Shown here in pieces: positions 39,551 to 51,563 of a stretch of DNA of 64,000 bases. A program made the translations under genes and the position numbers. Origin of the DNA: Antedon mediterranea (lineage: Eukaryota; Animalia; Echinodermata); assembly GCF_964355755.1 (NCBI RefSeq), contig NC_092672.1:33920437-33984436 (forward strand). Reading direction: 5' to 3'. Positions within the stretch are counted from its first letter, which is position 1; each line of letters begins with the position of its first letter. The notes below the pieces were generated by a model that searched no databases, was not told where the DNA came from, and saw only the letters and a program-made list of their open reading frames with translations.

Positions 39551-41212
39551 TATTAACATATGCTGCAAATATCACTGATGTTCCAAAATATGTATATACA
39601 CAAGTTACAAATCTAATATATAATTTTATTTGGAACAATAAAAGGGAAAAGATAAAAAGAAAAACTCTAATTGGTGATGTTGAGATGGGAGGCATTAAAA
39701 TGCCTGATTTTACTCTTCATGTTAACGCACTCATGTGTGGCTGGTTAAAAAGAATTATGAATGATGATGGTGCTAAATGGAAAAATATTCCAATGTATTA
39801 TATTAAAAAATATGTGATGTTAATGTTTTACTTAATATGTCATGTTATAACATTATTGATGTTAATTCTGATAAAATTCCACTGTTTTACAAAAATATGA
39901 TAAAAGCCTACATAAATTATAACAGAATCTCTAAAGAAAAACCTGAAACTTATAACGATATAATGAATGAGCAACTGTGGGGAAACCACTACGTTAAACT
40001 AAAAAAAAATCGCTTTTCTACAAGCATTGGATTGACAGTGGCATTATCAGTATTAAAGACATTGTTAATAAGAACACTTTTTTAACATCAAACGAAATAC
40101 TGGTGAAACTACAATGTAAAACCAACTGGTTAAATGAGTATTTGTGCATTATTAAGGCAATACCAATTCAATGGAAACGTATTATTAAGGAGGTAGATAT
40201 TTTCAATTGTGATGATAATGATGAATTCGTTGGGACCAAGTATGAGATTAATACTACCAAACTAATATACTCATGGTTTGTGAAAGAATATTTCATTATT
40301 CCAATGTCACAACTAAAATGGGAAGATTACTTCAATGATAACAACATTGATTGGAAAACTTCTTGGTTACGGAAAGTATGTAAAATGAAAGATAAGAAAC
40401 TAGCACAATTCAATTATAAGATGTTACATAGAATACTGCCTACCAACAAACGGCTGTATCAGTGGAAAGTTAAGGAAACACAAACGTGTGACAAATGTGG
40501 AGAAATTGAAAATGAAAATCATTTGTTTTTTAGTTGTAGATTTATTCAGAAATATTGGAGGAAAATGCTTAGTATCTTTGTAAGTTTAAATCACAATAAT
40601 ATATCATTTAAACAATTAATACTAGGAACGGGAGATAAGCTAATAGATTATATTTACACTTTTGCAGCATTTACTATTTATAGAATAAAAATGTTATCTG
40701 CACTAAATAAGCCAGTGGGTAAATCTTTATGGAATTCATTTAAAAGCAATATGTTATATAACATTGAATGTGAAACATACAACAATAAAGAAACAAGTAT
40801 AGAAAAATGGGTAGCTTTAAGAAATAAGATTATGATAATATAATTTCTAATTTGATACGATTAACCGAAAAAGAATTACAGTGATACGGGTTACTGGTGG
40901 TACTGAGCTATTATTGTTTTTTTTTTTATCATGTATATAAATATATTGTATAATCCGAGTTGTAAAATGAAAACAAACAAATGAAAATGTGTGAACTATT
41001 TTAAAACGGGATAGATGATAATGATGATCCTGTCAAGTGTATAACAAAATATAAGAAAATTAATGAAAAAAGGAGTAATACAGAATTCATATATGTAAAA
41101 ATGTTACTTATGAACTGTAACGACATTTACAAGTTAAATAATACGATTTTATGTAATATGAGATAATATGAATGTGAATAAAAGTGGTGTTTGCGCCACA
41201 AAAGAGAAAAAA
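39551..41212 (+). mobile_element. 5'-truncated, frameshifted L1/Tx1-like LINE with 13-bp TSD
   Basis: ORF2 C-terminal pieces (FIWNNKREKIKR...GGIKMPDF; FNYKMLHRILPTN...CDKCGEIENENHLFFSC). TSD AATTATTTACTGT at 39538-39550 and 41213-41225. A-rich tail. Confidence 0.9.
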
Positions 41213-42945
41213 AATTATTTACTGTGCTTTGATGATGAAATGACATTTATGTTAGATTAGCAATGTTGTTATTTATTATGGTTCCGAGCTCTTTTTAAAT
41301 ACATCAACGATCGAATGCCGACTTTGCTTGCAAAGTGCGCCTAATAACCCTATTTATTAATTTAGTTCACATCGTTAATGAACGCACTTTTACTGAAGAT
41401 CATTATTGAAATAATTAATATAATTATAATATTAATTAATAATTATTAATAATAATTTTTGTTGCACGCCAGATTGAAAAGCAAGAATTACTACATTATT
41501 ATCTTAATGCCAGTAAGCGAAGATATCGCGTTAAGTAACTTGTTTCCGCATTCCAGGCAAACAAATAAAACGTAAATAACTATCGATAATAATCACAGCT
41601 TTAAAACAAGCGCGCGTTTAAAATGATTTTTGCCAAATTAGAGCAAGCGTAACTTTTTAATTTAAATCTCAGTTTATTCATATTTAAATTCGAATTTGCT
41701 ATTTTTGACGTGTGGCGAAATTGACTATAACAATTTCAATATCTGTTCTGATTATTGACGAACACACAGCCTTAATTGGACGTATACAAATAATAGATTT
41801 TCGATGAGAACAGGACCTACGTATCGATTATCGTTGCCTGGTCCTAGAAACAACCAAAACTGTGGAATAGAGAATGCCCCAAAAATGTCTTTACGGAGGT
41901 CTCTTATTACAAATTTATTGAAAAATACCACCACACCACCTTCCATTATATTATATTTTCTTTTGTTGAGAGGGCAATCGCAATCGCCGATAGAAAAAAC
42001 AACATTTTGAGGTGAATTGAATGAATTCTGATTAATTTGGTATGGAGGTAAGCTTGTGCTCAATTTGTATATTGTACAATTAATACTGGTAAGTCGTGTG
42101 TGGGTACAAATTAATTTAGTACGGAGGTAAGTTTGTGTTTACACAATGGATACAAATGGTGGTAAATTTGGTGGGTACATCAAATTAATATGGAGGTACG
42201 GTAAGACAGTAGGCCTACAATAGATAAATAGTGGTAATTTGGCGGGAAAATTAATTTAGTATGAAGGTAAGTTTTATACAATATTGGTAAGTTTCGGGAA
42301 GGAATAAATTGATTTGGTATGGAGATAAATGTTTTTCTACTAATCATTTTGTTTATCTAATATGGGTTGTGTTTGATGTAATTATTTGTTAGTATGATCT
42401 GTTCATATGTGTTTTGTTGTTGTGTGGTACAGTAAGTTATACTCCTAATTATGATTATTACTAACCTTTCGTCAGTGGGTACAAGCAAAGAATATAAATA
42501 GGTAAAGAATCAACAGTACGCGCTGTTATACATAGAAGGATAGGAAACTTTCGTCAGTGGGTACAAGTGTGTGTGGAGTGCACGCCTTGCATACTTCTAC
42601 CCACCACTTAACCTAAAGGTAAATAATTTAGTCAATTCGATTAAAATACAATATTCATTTTCTTTAAATTAATTTGGGTTTTCTCCGAGAAATTCGGTTT
42701 TTCCCTCTGGATTTACTTTAAAAAAAGAGCAATAAGGTGGCCTTCACGTGGCCCTCCTTGTAAGTACCTGTGACTAACTGGGAAACCGACACCTTTATTC
42801 CCATGCTTCGATGTTGTTTAGTGTATACTTGAAAAATGTGAGATATTTAAATAAGTTTCTATTTTTTTATTTTGCCAAGTTTCTAGGTTGAGGGCGCTGT
42901 TCAACAAATAAAAAAAGAAAATAAGAGTGCCACAAAACAAAAATT

Positions 42946-45900
42946 ATGTCATCGAATTTGGGAATAAATTCTCAGCTACAAGATTACTTATCAAGCTCTA
43001 AAAAGAATAGTGATTCTTCGTCACAATCTTCATTATCTTCGCAATCACTTAAATCATGGGTTTCATTTGGAAGGTCAGAACCATCATCTCCAAAAGAGCA
43101 GGAAAATGGTTGGTATACCCAGGCTGCCGAGGATCCGTTCTGTCCAAGTTTGGTAAGTGTTGTGCGCGAGAATATAAGCTTTTTGGCAGTGGTGGAAGTG
43201 CCCTACCCAGGTCAGGTTCTCACAACCTAGGCCTAGAAAAATAGTTTACATATTATGAATTGTCAGAGCTTGCAGTATGAAGTGTAATTCTTCTATATTG
43301 TTGTTGTACCTCAAGTCACATTATATTTAGCCATCTAATGATTATGAATTTATAATATAAATCTAGAATTATAATATAATTATAAGTTATAACTAGGCCT
43401 AGGCCTGGGCCTTTTTTAGTTAGTAGGCCTGACTAAAAAAAAGACTAATCATAACTCCATGATGGATTAGCTAAGTGGCCTAATAATAATAAACTAAAGA
43501 GTACTATTATTATTAAGACTTACCTGTCTCTCTATAAAGTTGAAGTATGATTTGGATTATGTTTTACAGTATCTAAAAGATGTCACTGTGTTCATAATAT
43601 TATTACTATCAATCATTGATTATTACTATTTCTTTAATTGTTATGTCTGAAGCTATGCACATGTATGTATACTGTCCCTACTGTGTGACTTAATACAAAA
43701 CTTATTAAATAAATATCGTAGCTAGGCCCCTGGCTTAACACATTCAAAACCAAATGTTTTACAAATTGGAACATTCCTAATCTAATCTCTTTAAATACTT
43801 ACTTACTGTACTAAGTACTAATCTCTATATTAAATGTAATCCCACAAAAATATTAACAGTATGCCGAGAAGGCTGAGATTTTAAGAAATGCTTCCAAAAT
43901 CAATAACTGAAAGAATAGGTCAAACCATTACAATAATTAATAAAATCAACCTCTTCTTCTTTCCAGAGTAAACGTCAACGCATTCTAGGTTTCTTTACGC
44001 TACTTCTAATGGGAGTTTTCTGCTTTGTAATGGCTGGTTTTGTTGCTCCATTTATTGTGTTAAAGGCGAGAAAATTTGCTCTACTTTACACTATGGGAAG
44101 TTTATTTACAATTTCAAGGCAAGTACATTTGTTAGATCTTTGGTTTTACAACAATGCAAGTTAATTGTATGAATACATACTGGTAATAGAGAAGTACAGT
44201 AGCACTACTTGACGTACAAACTTGACAAACCGTAACATGGCTTTAAATTACAGCGTACATTCATCATTAGATATTATCTTTATAATTACCGTACTAATTG
44301 TGAAACCAGACAGAAATATACTTTAAAATGTTTAAACATTGATTGATTTATTTTTTTTCGGCATCAGTACATAAAAATCAGACATACAATTAAAAAATAG
44401 CAACCTAAACATTGCTGTACCTTGAGCTCAGTCTACACTATCAAACTTTGTGACAACAAAATGTGATATGCCCATATATGGACATGATGATGTCATATTT
44501 GGGCATATCATTATCACTACCATATTTGGGGACATCACACTTTTTTGATAGTGTAAACAGAGCTTTATAGAGTTAACATGGTAAATTATACTGTTTACAA
44601 AGATTACGTTTTTTACGCTGAATTTAAAATAACTTTGTTTTGAAAGTTTTGTTAATATTAAATTATTTTATTTATAAAAAAAAAAACTACAACAGGACAG
44701 TTTAGATTGCAAAAAAGTTTATTTTATTTTTATTTTATTTTATTTAATTTTCAGGCAAACATACATGACAACACAGCGGTGCAGCACCCTGAGGATTGCC
44801 ATGAGTGCAAAGCACTATCGAGATGGCTCTCCATATACTGCACTAGAACATATAAGACAAACATATACACAAGATGCTCTACATAGACAAAGACTTATTA
44901 TTAAGTCTTTGGGAGTGGAGTTGTAAATTGTCATGAGAAAAAAACCCTGACATATGACAGGACTTGAACCCAGGACCCTTAGATTGGTAGCCAAGCATCA
45001 TAACCACCAAGCCACAGCTCCACTGTTTGCTATTTGTGATTATTAATATGAATTTTTAGCTACTTTCAGAAATTTGTCATTGTTTTATTATGATAATAAT
45101 ATTGATTTTTTTTCTTTTTTTAAACAGTTTTTCTCTACTTTGGGGTCCTTGGGCTCACATAAAGCATCTGTGCTCTGTACAACGTTTACCATTCACAATT
45201 GCCTATTTTGGAACTATGGCTGCTACGTTATATTTTGCTATGGTGGTAAAGTTTTCTTTCTACGTTTCATTTATTTTATTATTTCAAATAGAAGCAGTTT
45301 GAATGTCATCATCACCAAAATATATGGTGTGAAATAGAATGCATCCAAGAATGCAATATGATGAATAATGAACTCTTGTGTTTACCTTTATATGGATACT
45401 AATGTTTACTCTTTTGTGGACATTTATCTATTAAGGCATTATTACTGGACAGTTCTGTCTTCAATTTTATTTCCATTAGTTGCATTTATCTGCGCATGTG
45501 TAGTATATTTTTATCCACCTTTTTGTGATGAATATGCAACCAATTAAAACTTGGGAATGTTTGATTCGCGAGATATGTGTTAAATGGAAACAGGCTTCCA
45601 GTGGTAGCACAGGATTTCAAAATAGGGCAAGGTCCAGAGTCTAAAAACTGTAAAATGAAGTGCTGACCATGAGCAAATCTTTTGCATTGATGGGCGCCGA
45701 CTGTTGCGTATTCATGTTGAACATGTGTTCTGAGAGTGAGATTATAAAAAAACACTAAACTAATTGTAAATCTTTCTTTTTATTTCTCAGACAAAATCAA
45801 CCATATTAACATTCGTGTGTGCAATTTGTCAAGTAATCGCTCTCACGTGGTACATTATCAGTTACATACCAGGTGGCCAGACAGGATTAACATTCTTTGC

Positions 45901-45955
45901 GAAGTTGTTCTCCTCCGCAGCCGGAAAGGCAGTTTCAAAAACTTTACCTGTTTGA
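42946..45955 (+). CDS. SFT2D3: vesicle transport protein SFT2 family (SFT2C type); exons 42946-43152, 43967-44118, 45128-45245, 45791-45955
   Basis: PSLSKRQRILGF, LKARKFALLYTMGS, FSLLWGPWAH, QRLPFTIAYFGT and WYIISYIPGGQTGL...KTLPV*. Intron 2 uses a GC donor. Confidence 0.85.
44718..45023 (-). mobile_element. young tRNA-derived SINE in SFT2D3 intron 2
   Basis: Reverse complement of 37749-38048. Confidence 0.85.
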
Positions 45956-46739
45956 TAACAAAAACATTTCAGATTATATGTATCAAATTTATAAAACGGA
46001 GTAAGCACACAGGGGGTTTGAACCACTACGGAATGACGCTGTAGGTGCAGTGCCCAATAACTTCCATAATGTAATGCAGGCACGAATCCATGTTATAAAC
46101 ATTATATTTGACCCACTGACTTGTGGTGCTAGAACTGCTTGATTACAATACATACAAAGAAATGGGACCAAAAGTTAATTCATCACGCTGTAATAAGTAC
46201 ATAAAGATGTTTTGTACGGCAAAAATCATAAACAAATTAAGGTGAATAAAATCCTTTTTTATTCACCTTCCCTTGTGCCATATGCATTAATTAGTGGTAC
46301 AACACAAGTCTTTCATTAATGTAATGTAAGGATTTGGCCCTTTATTTTATTTGGTATGGGTATGTAAAAAGGATAGCTATCATGAGAAGTTTGACTAATT
46401 TTATAATGTAAATATTGTAACCTTTCAGCAGCCTATATATCGTATTGTAAATAAATATAATTTATTATTTCTTTGTGTTGGTTACTTTTTCTATTGAAAA
46501 ACGTTGTACATAAAGCTCTGTCTACACTATCAAGCTAGTTTGACAAAAAGTGTGATGTGCCCAAATATGGTAGTGATATTCCCAAATATGATAGTGATAT
46601 GACATTTTTTGTCACATAAAGTTTGAGAAGGAGGTGTTGTTTCTTTACCATAATAAGCAGCAGAACTGGGTACACTCTAGTCTCATTAGTTTTGAATAGT
46701 TTTACTATATCCCCTCTATTATTCAATAGTATTATTCCC

Positions 46740-49095
46740 GAAAAATCCACTTTTTAAAATTATGCGATAATATTGCTATATATGCGCATATATTGCTTTA
46801 AAATCATGTTATAGAGTGTTGTACCCAGTTATATCGAAAAAGAAAAGTGTCGAAATTTGGTCATTTTTGGAAAAAATCCCTGTGCTATATATAGCACAGG
46901 GATTTTTCGAAAAATGGCCAAAATTTCAACTTTTTAAAATTCAATTACTATGCGATAATATTGCTATATATGCGCATATATTACGTTATCATCATCTTAT
47001 AGGGTGTTTGTACCCAGTTATATCGAAAAAGGAAAGGGTCGAAATTTGGTCATTTTTGGAAAAAATCCCTGTGCTATATATAGTACAGGGATTTTTTGAA
47101 AAATAGCTAAAATATCAACTTTTTAAAATTCAATTACTATGCGATAACATTGCTATATATGCGCATATATTGCGTTATCATCATCTTATAGAGTGTTTGT
47201 ACCCAGTTATATCGAGAGAAAAAAAGGTCGAAATTTGGTCATTTTTGGAAAAAAATCCTGAACTATTAGTACAGGGATTTTTCGAAAATGGCCAAAATAT
47301 CCACTTGTTAAAATTCAATTATTATGCGATAATATTACTATATATGCGCATATATTGCGTTATCATCTTATAGAGTGTTTGTACCCAGATATCGAAAAAG
47401 AAAAGGGTCGAAATTTTGTCATTTTTGAAAAAATGCGCAGAACCCATTATTCGACTCTGCACATGTTTAACAGGGATTTTTCAAAAAATGGCAAATTTTC
47501 GACCTTATTATTTTTCGATAAAACTGGTTGCTATAGCACAATTGACATGCGCAGAGCCCATTATTCGCATCTGCGCATGTTTATTATACTATATTAACCA
47601 TTTATGTCAAAAATCGTTACTATAGCACAATTGGCATGCGCAGAACCCATTATTCGACTCTGCGCATGTTTATTATACTATAGTAACCATTTATGTCAAA
47701 AAATAAAAGGGTCGAAAATCGGCCATTTTTCGAAAATCTCCCTGTACTATATATAGTACAGGGATTTTTTTTAAAATGGCAAATTTTCGACCTTTTTGTT
47801 TTTCGATAAAACTGGTTACTATAGCACAATTGACATGCGCAGAACCCATTATTCGACTCTGCGCATGTTTATTATACTATAGTAACCATTTATGTCAAAA
47901 AATAAAAGGGTCGAAAATTGGCCATTTTTCGAAAATTTCCCTGTACTATATATAGTACAGGGATTTTTTTAAAAATGGCAAATTTTCGACCTTTTTATTT
48001 TTCGATAAAACTGGTTACTATAGCACAATTGACATGCGCAGAACCCATTATTCGCATCTGCGCATGTTTATTATACTATAGTAACCATTTATGTCAAAAG
48101 TGGTTACTATAGCACAATTGACATGCGCAGAACCCATTATTCGACTCTGCGCATGTTTATTATACTATAGTAACCATTTATGTTAAAAGTGGTTACTATA
48201 GCACAATTGACATGCGCAGAACCCATTATTCGACTCTGCGCATGTTTATTATACTATAGTAACCATTTATGTCAAAAGTGGTTACTATAGCACAATTGAC
48301 ATGCACAGAACCCTTTATTCGACTCTGCGCATGTTTATTATACTATAGCATTTATGTCAAAAAATAAAAGGATCGAAAATCGGCCATTTTTCGAAAATTT
48401 CCCTGTACTATATATAGTACAGGGATTTTTTAAAAAATGGCAAATTTTCGACCTTTTTATTTTTCGATAAAACTGGTTACTATAGCACAATTGACATGCG
48501 CAGAGCCCATTATTCGCATCTGCGCATGTTTATTATACTATAGTAACCATTTATGTCAAAAGTGGTTACTATAGCACAATTGACATGCGCAGAACCCATT
48601 ATTCGACTCTGCGTATGTTTATTATACTATTAGTAACCATTTATGTCAAAAGTGGTTACTATAGCACAATTGACATGCGCAGAACCCTTTATTCGACTCT
48701 GCGCATGTTTATTATACTATAGTAACCATTTATGTCAAAAAATAAAAGGGTGGAAAATCGGTCATTTTCCAGTAGGGATTTTTCAAAAAATGGCAAATTT
48801 TCGACCTTTTTATTTTTCTATAAAACTGGTTACTATAACACAATTGACATGCGCAGAACCCATTATTCGACTCTGCGCATGTTTATTACTATAGTACAAG
48901 GATTTTTCGAAAAATGGCCAAAATATCAACTTTTTAAAATTCAATTACTATGCGATAATATTGCTATATATGCGTATATATTGCGTTATCATCATCTTAT
49001 AGTGTTTGTACCCAGTTATATCGAAAAAGAAAAGGGTCGAAATTTGGTCATTTTTTGAAGAAAAAAATTCTCGAAAATGATCAAAATATCTACTT
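46740..49095. repeat. compound satellite of hairpin-forming units (about 190-bp and about 90-bp monomers)
   Basis: Recurrent palindromes CCCTGTACTATATATAGTACAGGG and CATGCGCAGA-ACCCATTATTCGAC-TCTGCGCATG. Confidence 0.9.
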
Positions 49096-49628
49096 TTATA
49101 ATATATATACTTTTATATAATATATTTGCTTATTGTGTGATTCTGCGCATGCCAAAAATGGTCGAAATTCGGCAATAAAAAAATGACCCAAATGTATGTT
49201 GAGGTAACATGCGCAGTATGTGAGCCTAAATCCACTTGGACGCAACGCAGCGAGTTGACCAATCACAAGCGACAATTCAAATGACCCATTATGAATGGTC
49301 AAATGAATTGCATCCATATGTGAACCAAGCTTAATGATAGGTCTGGTGCACAACCACTGTGCCATATTCTACCACTGCCATGTGGCAGAACAATAATTGT
49401 TATATGTAGTTACAAACACTAATTGAAAAACCGGACCTTTAATACTAAGAAACAGACACTCTAACATTAACATACTACAGTATAAATATTCAAAATCAAT
49501 ATTTTATCTAAATTTCTGTTATAAATTTCGCAATAAAGTTAATGTGTCATTAAAATTATTGATGTTATTAATTTACAGAACTTTAAATCGCACCCCACAA
49601 AAACCATCACGATCATCTACCTTTTAAA

Positions 49629-49730
49629 AAGATCCAACAATGTTTAAGATCCAACAATGTTTAAGATCCAACAATGTTTAAGATCCAACAATGTTTGATC
49701 CCACAATGTTTAAGATCCAACAATGTTTAA
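49629..49730. repeat. 17-bp tandem repeat AAGATCCAACAATGTTT
   Basis: About 6 copies. Confidence 0.9.
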
Positions 49731-49894
49731 AATACAGCAATGAAATAAAAGTTTGTGACAGAAAACATTCATTAACTACATTTTCTCTGTTTTATAACAA
49801 TGGCTATTATTATACATAAAAATAACCCAATGCACTGAATAAACTATAGTAGAAAAGTTAAGAAACAATACATGCACCAGCTATTATTAAATAT

Positions 49895-50290
49895 AATCAT
49901 GAATATTCATGATATTCCTACAATCACAAATATTTTATAATAAACCTACAATCATGAATTATTCATAAAATGCCAACACTCATGAATATTCATGATACAC
50001 CAACAATCATTAATAATCATGTTATTCCTAAAATAATTACTATTCACGATATACCTACAATCATGAATATTCATAACACTTTACAATCATAAATATTCAT
50101 GATATACATACAATCATGAATATTCATAATACTTTACAATCATAAATATTCACGATATACCTACAATCATGAATATTCATAATACTTTACAATCATAAAT
50201 ATTCACGATATACATACAATCATGAATATTCATAATACTTTATAATCATAAATATTCATGAATACATACAAACATGAATATTCATGAACT
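49895..50290. repeat. degenerate tandem repeat of about 26 bp (TACAATCATGAATATTCAT...)
   Basis: Direct reading. Confidence 0.8.
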
Positions 50291-51563
50291 ACATACAGAC
50301 TAATTACAATGGATTGGCAAATATAAACAATAAAAAAGGAATATTTAATGTACCAATAAAGTCTTAATACCAAAAAAAAAGAACGTAAATAATATTTCAT
50401 ATGATACATAAATATATTGCATTATTTTCTACTCTATATACAAAGCAAGCTGCGACAAGGTGATAACAATGAGGTCATTGTGTTTTAATTTGGTCTAATT
50501 ATCTCCAAAATGTCAGTATTAAATCAAAAAAGAAAAAATCATATTCCCTTACACTTCCTAGTACAAAGGCACTCTATGTCTGAAAAATAAAATAGAATGT
50601 GTTTTTTTTTCATAAAAGTAAGATTTATCAAAAGCTTTCCATAACAAAAAATGTTTTTTAAGAAAACTCTTTCATATTAAAACTAGTTAGTATATTAATG
50701 ACCAGAAAAAAATAAGACTTTTTAATTCATCTCTTAAAAGACCCTAACAATGTTATCTTTGTTTATATTGAGTCCAATATATAGGCTTATCCAATCTATT
50801 ATTGTATACTTTTTTATAGTACCTGTATTATCAACAATATAACAGGTGAAAAACACAAATACAGTACAATTATTTAAAATGTAATTGAAAATCTGTTTGA
50901 CCTTAAAACTTTAAAAGGTCGCAACAAGATAACAGAGAAAATGTAACACAGTATATCATTAATATGTATATTATTATTATTTAAAGGTTTGAATGTCACA
51001 TAATAGTTATTCCGTTAACCAAATATTAAATCAACAACACAAAATTATTTACCAGAAAAAAACTTTAAATTTACAGCAAAATCATGGTAGCCACATTGAC
51101 TGAAGTTCCTTTTTCTATGAAAGTGATTTTTAATTTTATTAGAACCTGCGAAATGGCATATTCAAAGTCTTTTTAAAATTAATCTTCATTTTTCATGTTT
51201 TTTTGGGGGACAATACATCTTTAATTATTTTAGTCATTTATACCATATTATAAATTCTCCAACTTTAGGTCTCTCTACCTCATAAAATGCCTAACTACTT
51301 TCAACCGTAGTAAATAACATACACAAAGTCTATATCTCCATTTCCAATCGTTAAAATTCAAGTATAATATATATTTTTAGTTCATTACATAATACTAATA
51401 TTTGGTCAACTTTACAAACTATTTTATGAAAACCAATAAGTACAAAACTAAATGATACTAACAGCTGAGAATGTCTTATTTTTATTTGCGTCCAAAAAGG
51501 AGAAGGCATTTGAGGACCGGCAATTTCAAATCTACTTCAGTAGCTAGTGAAGTAAAGGACATT

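Noticed and set aside
41752-42063. 103-aa and 68-aa overlapping ORFs
   Set aside because: No recognisable homology or splice context.
42468-42567. 20-bp direct repeat containing CTGACGA on the minus strand, a possible hammerhead
   Set aside because: No stem II or downstream GAAA/stem III arrangement.
46816-49058. Multiple similar short ORFs
   Set aside because: Satellite translations.
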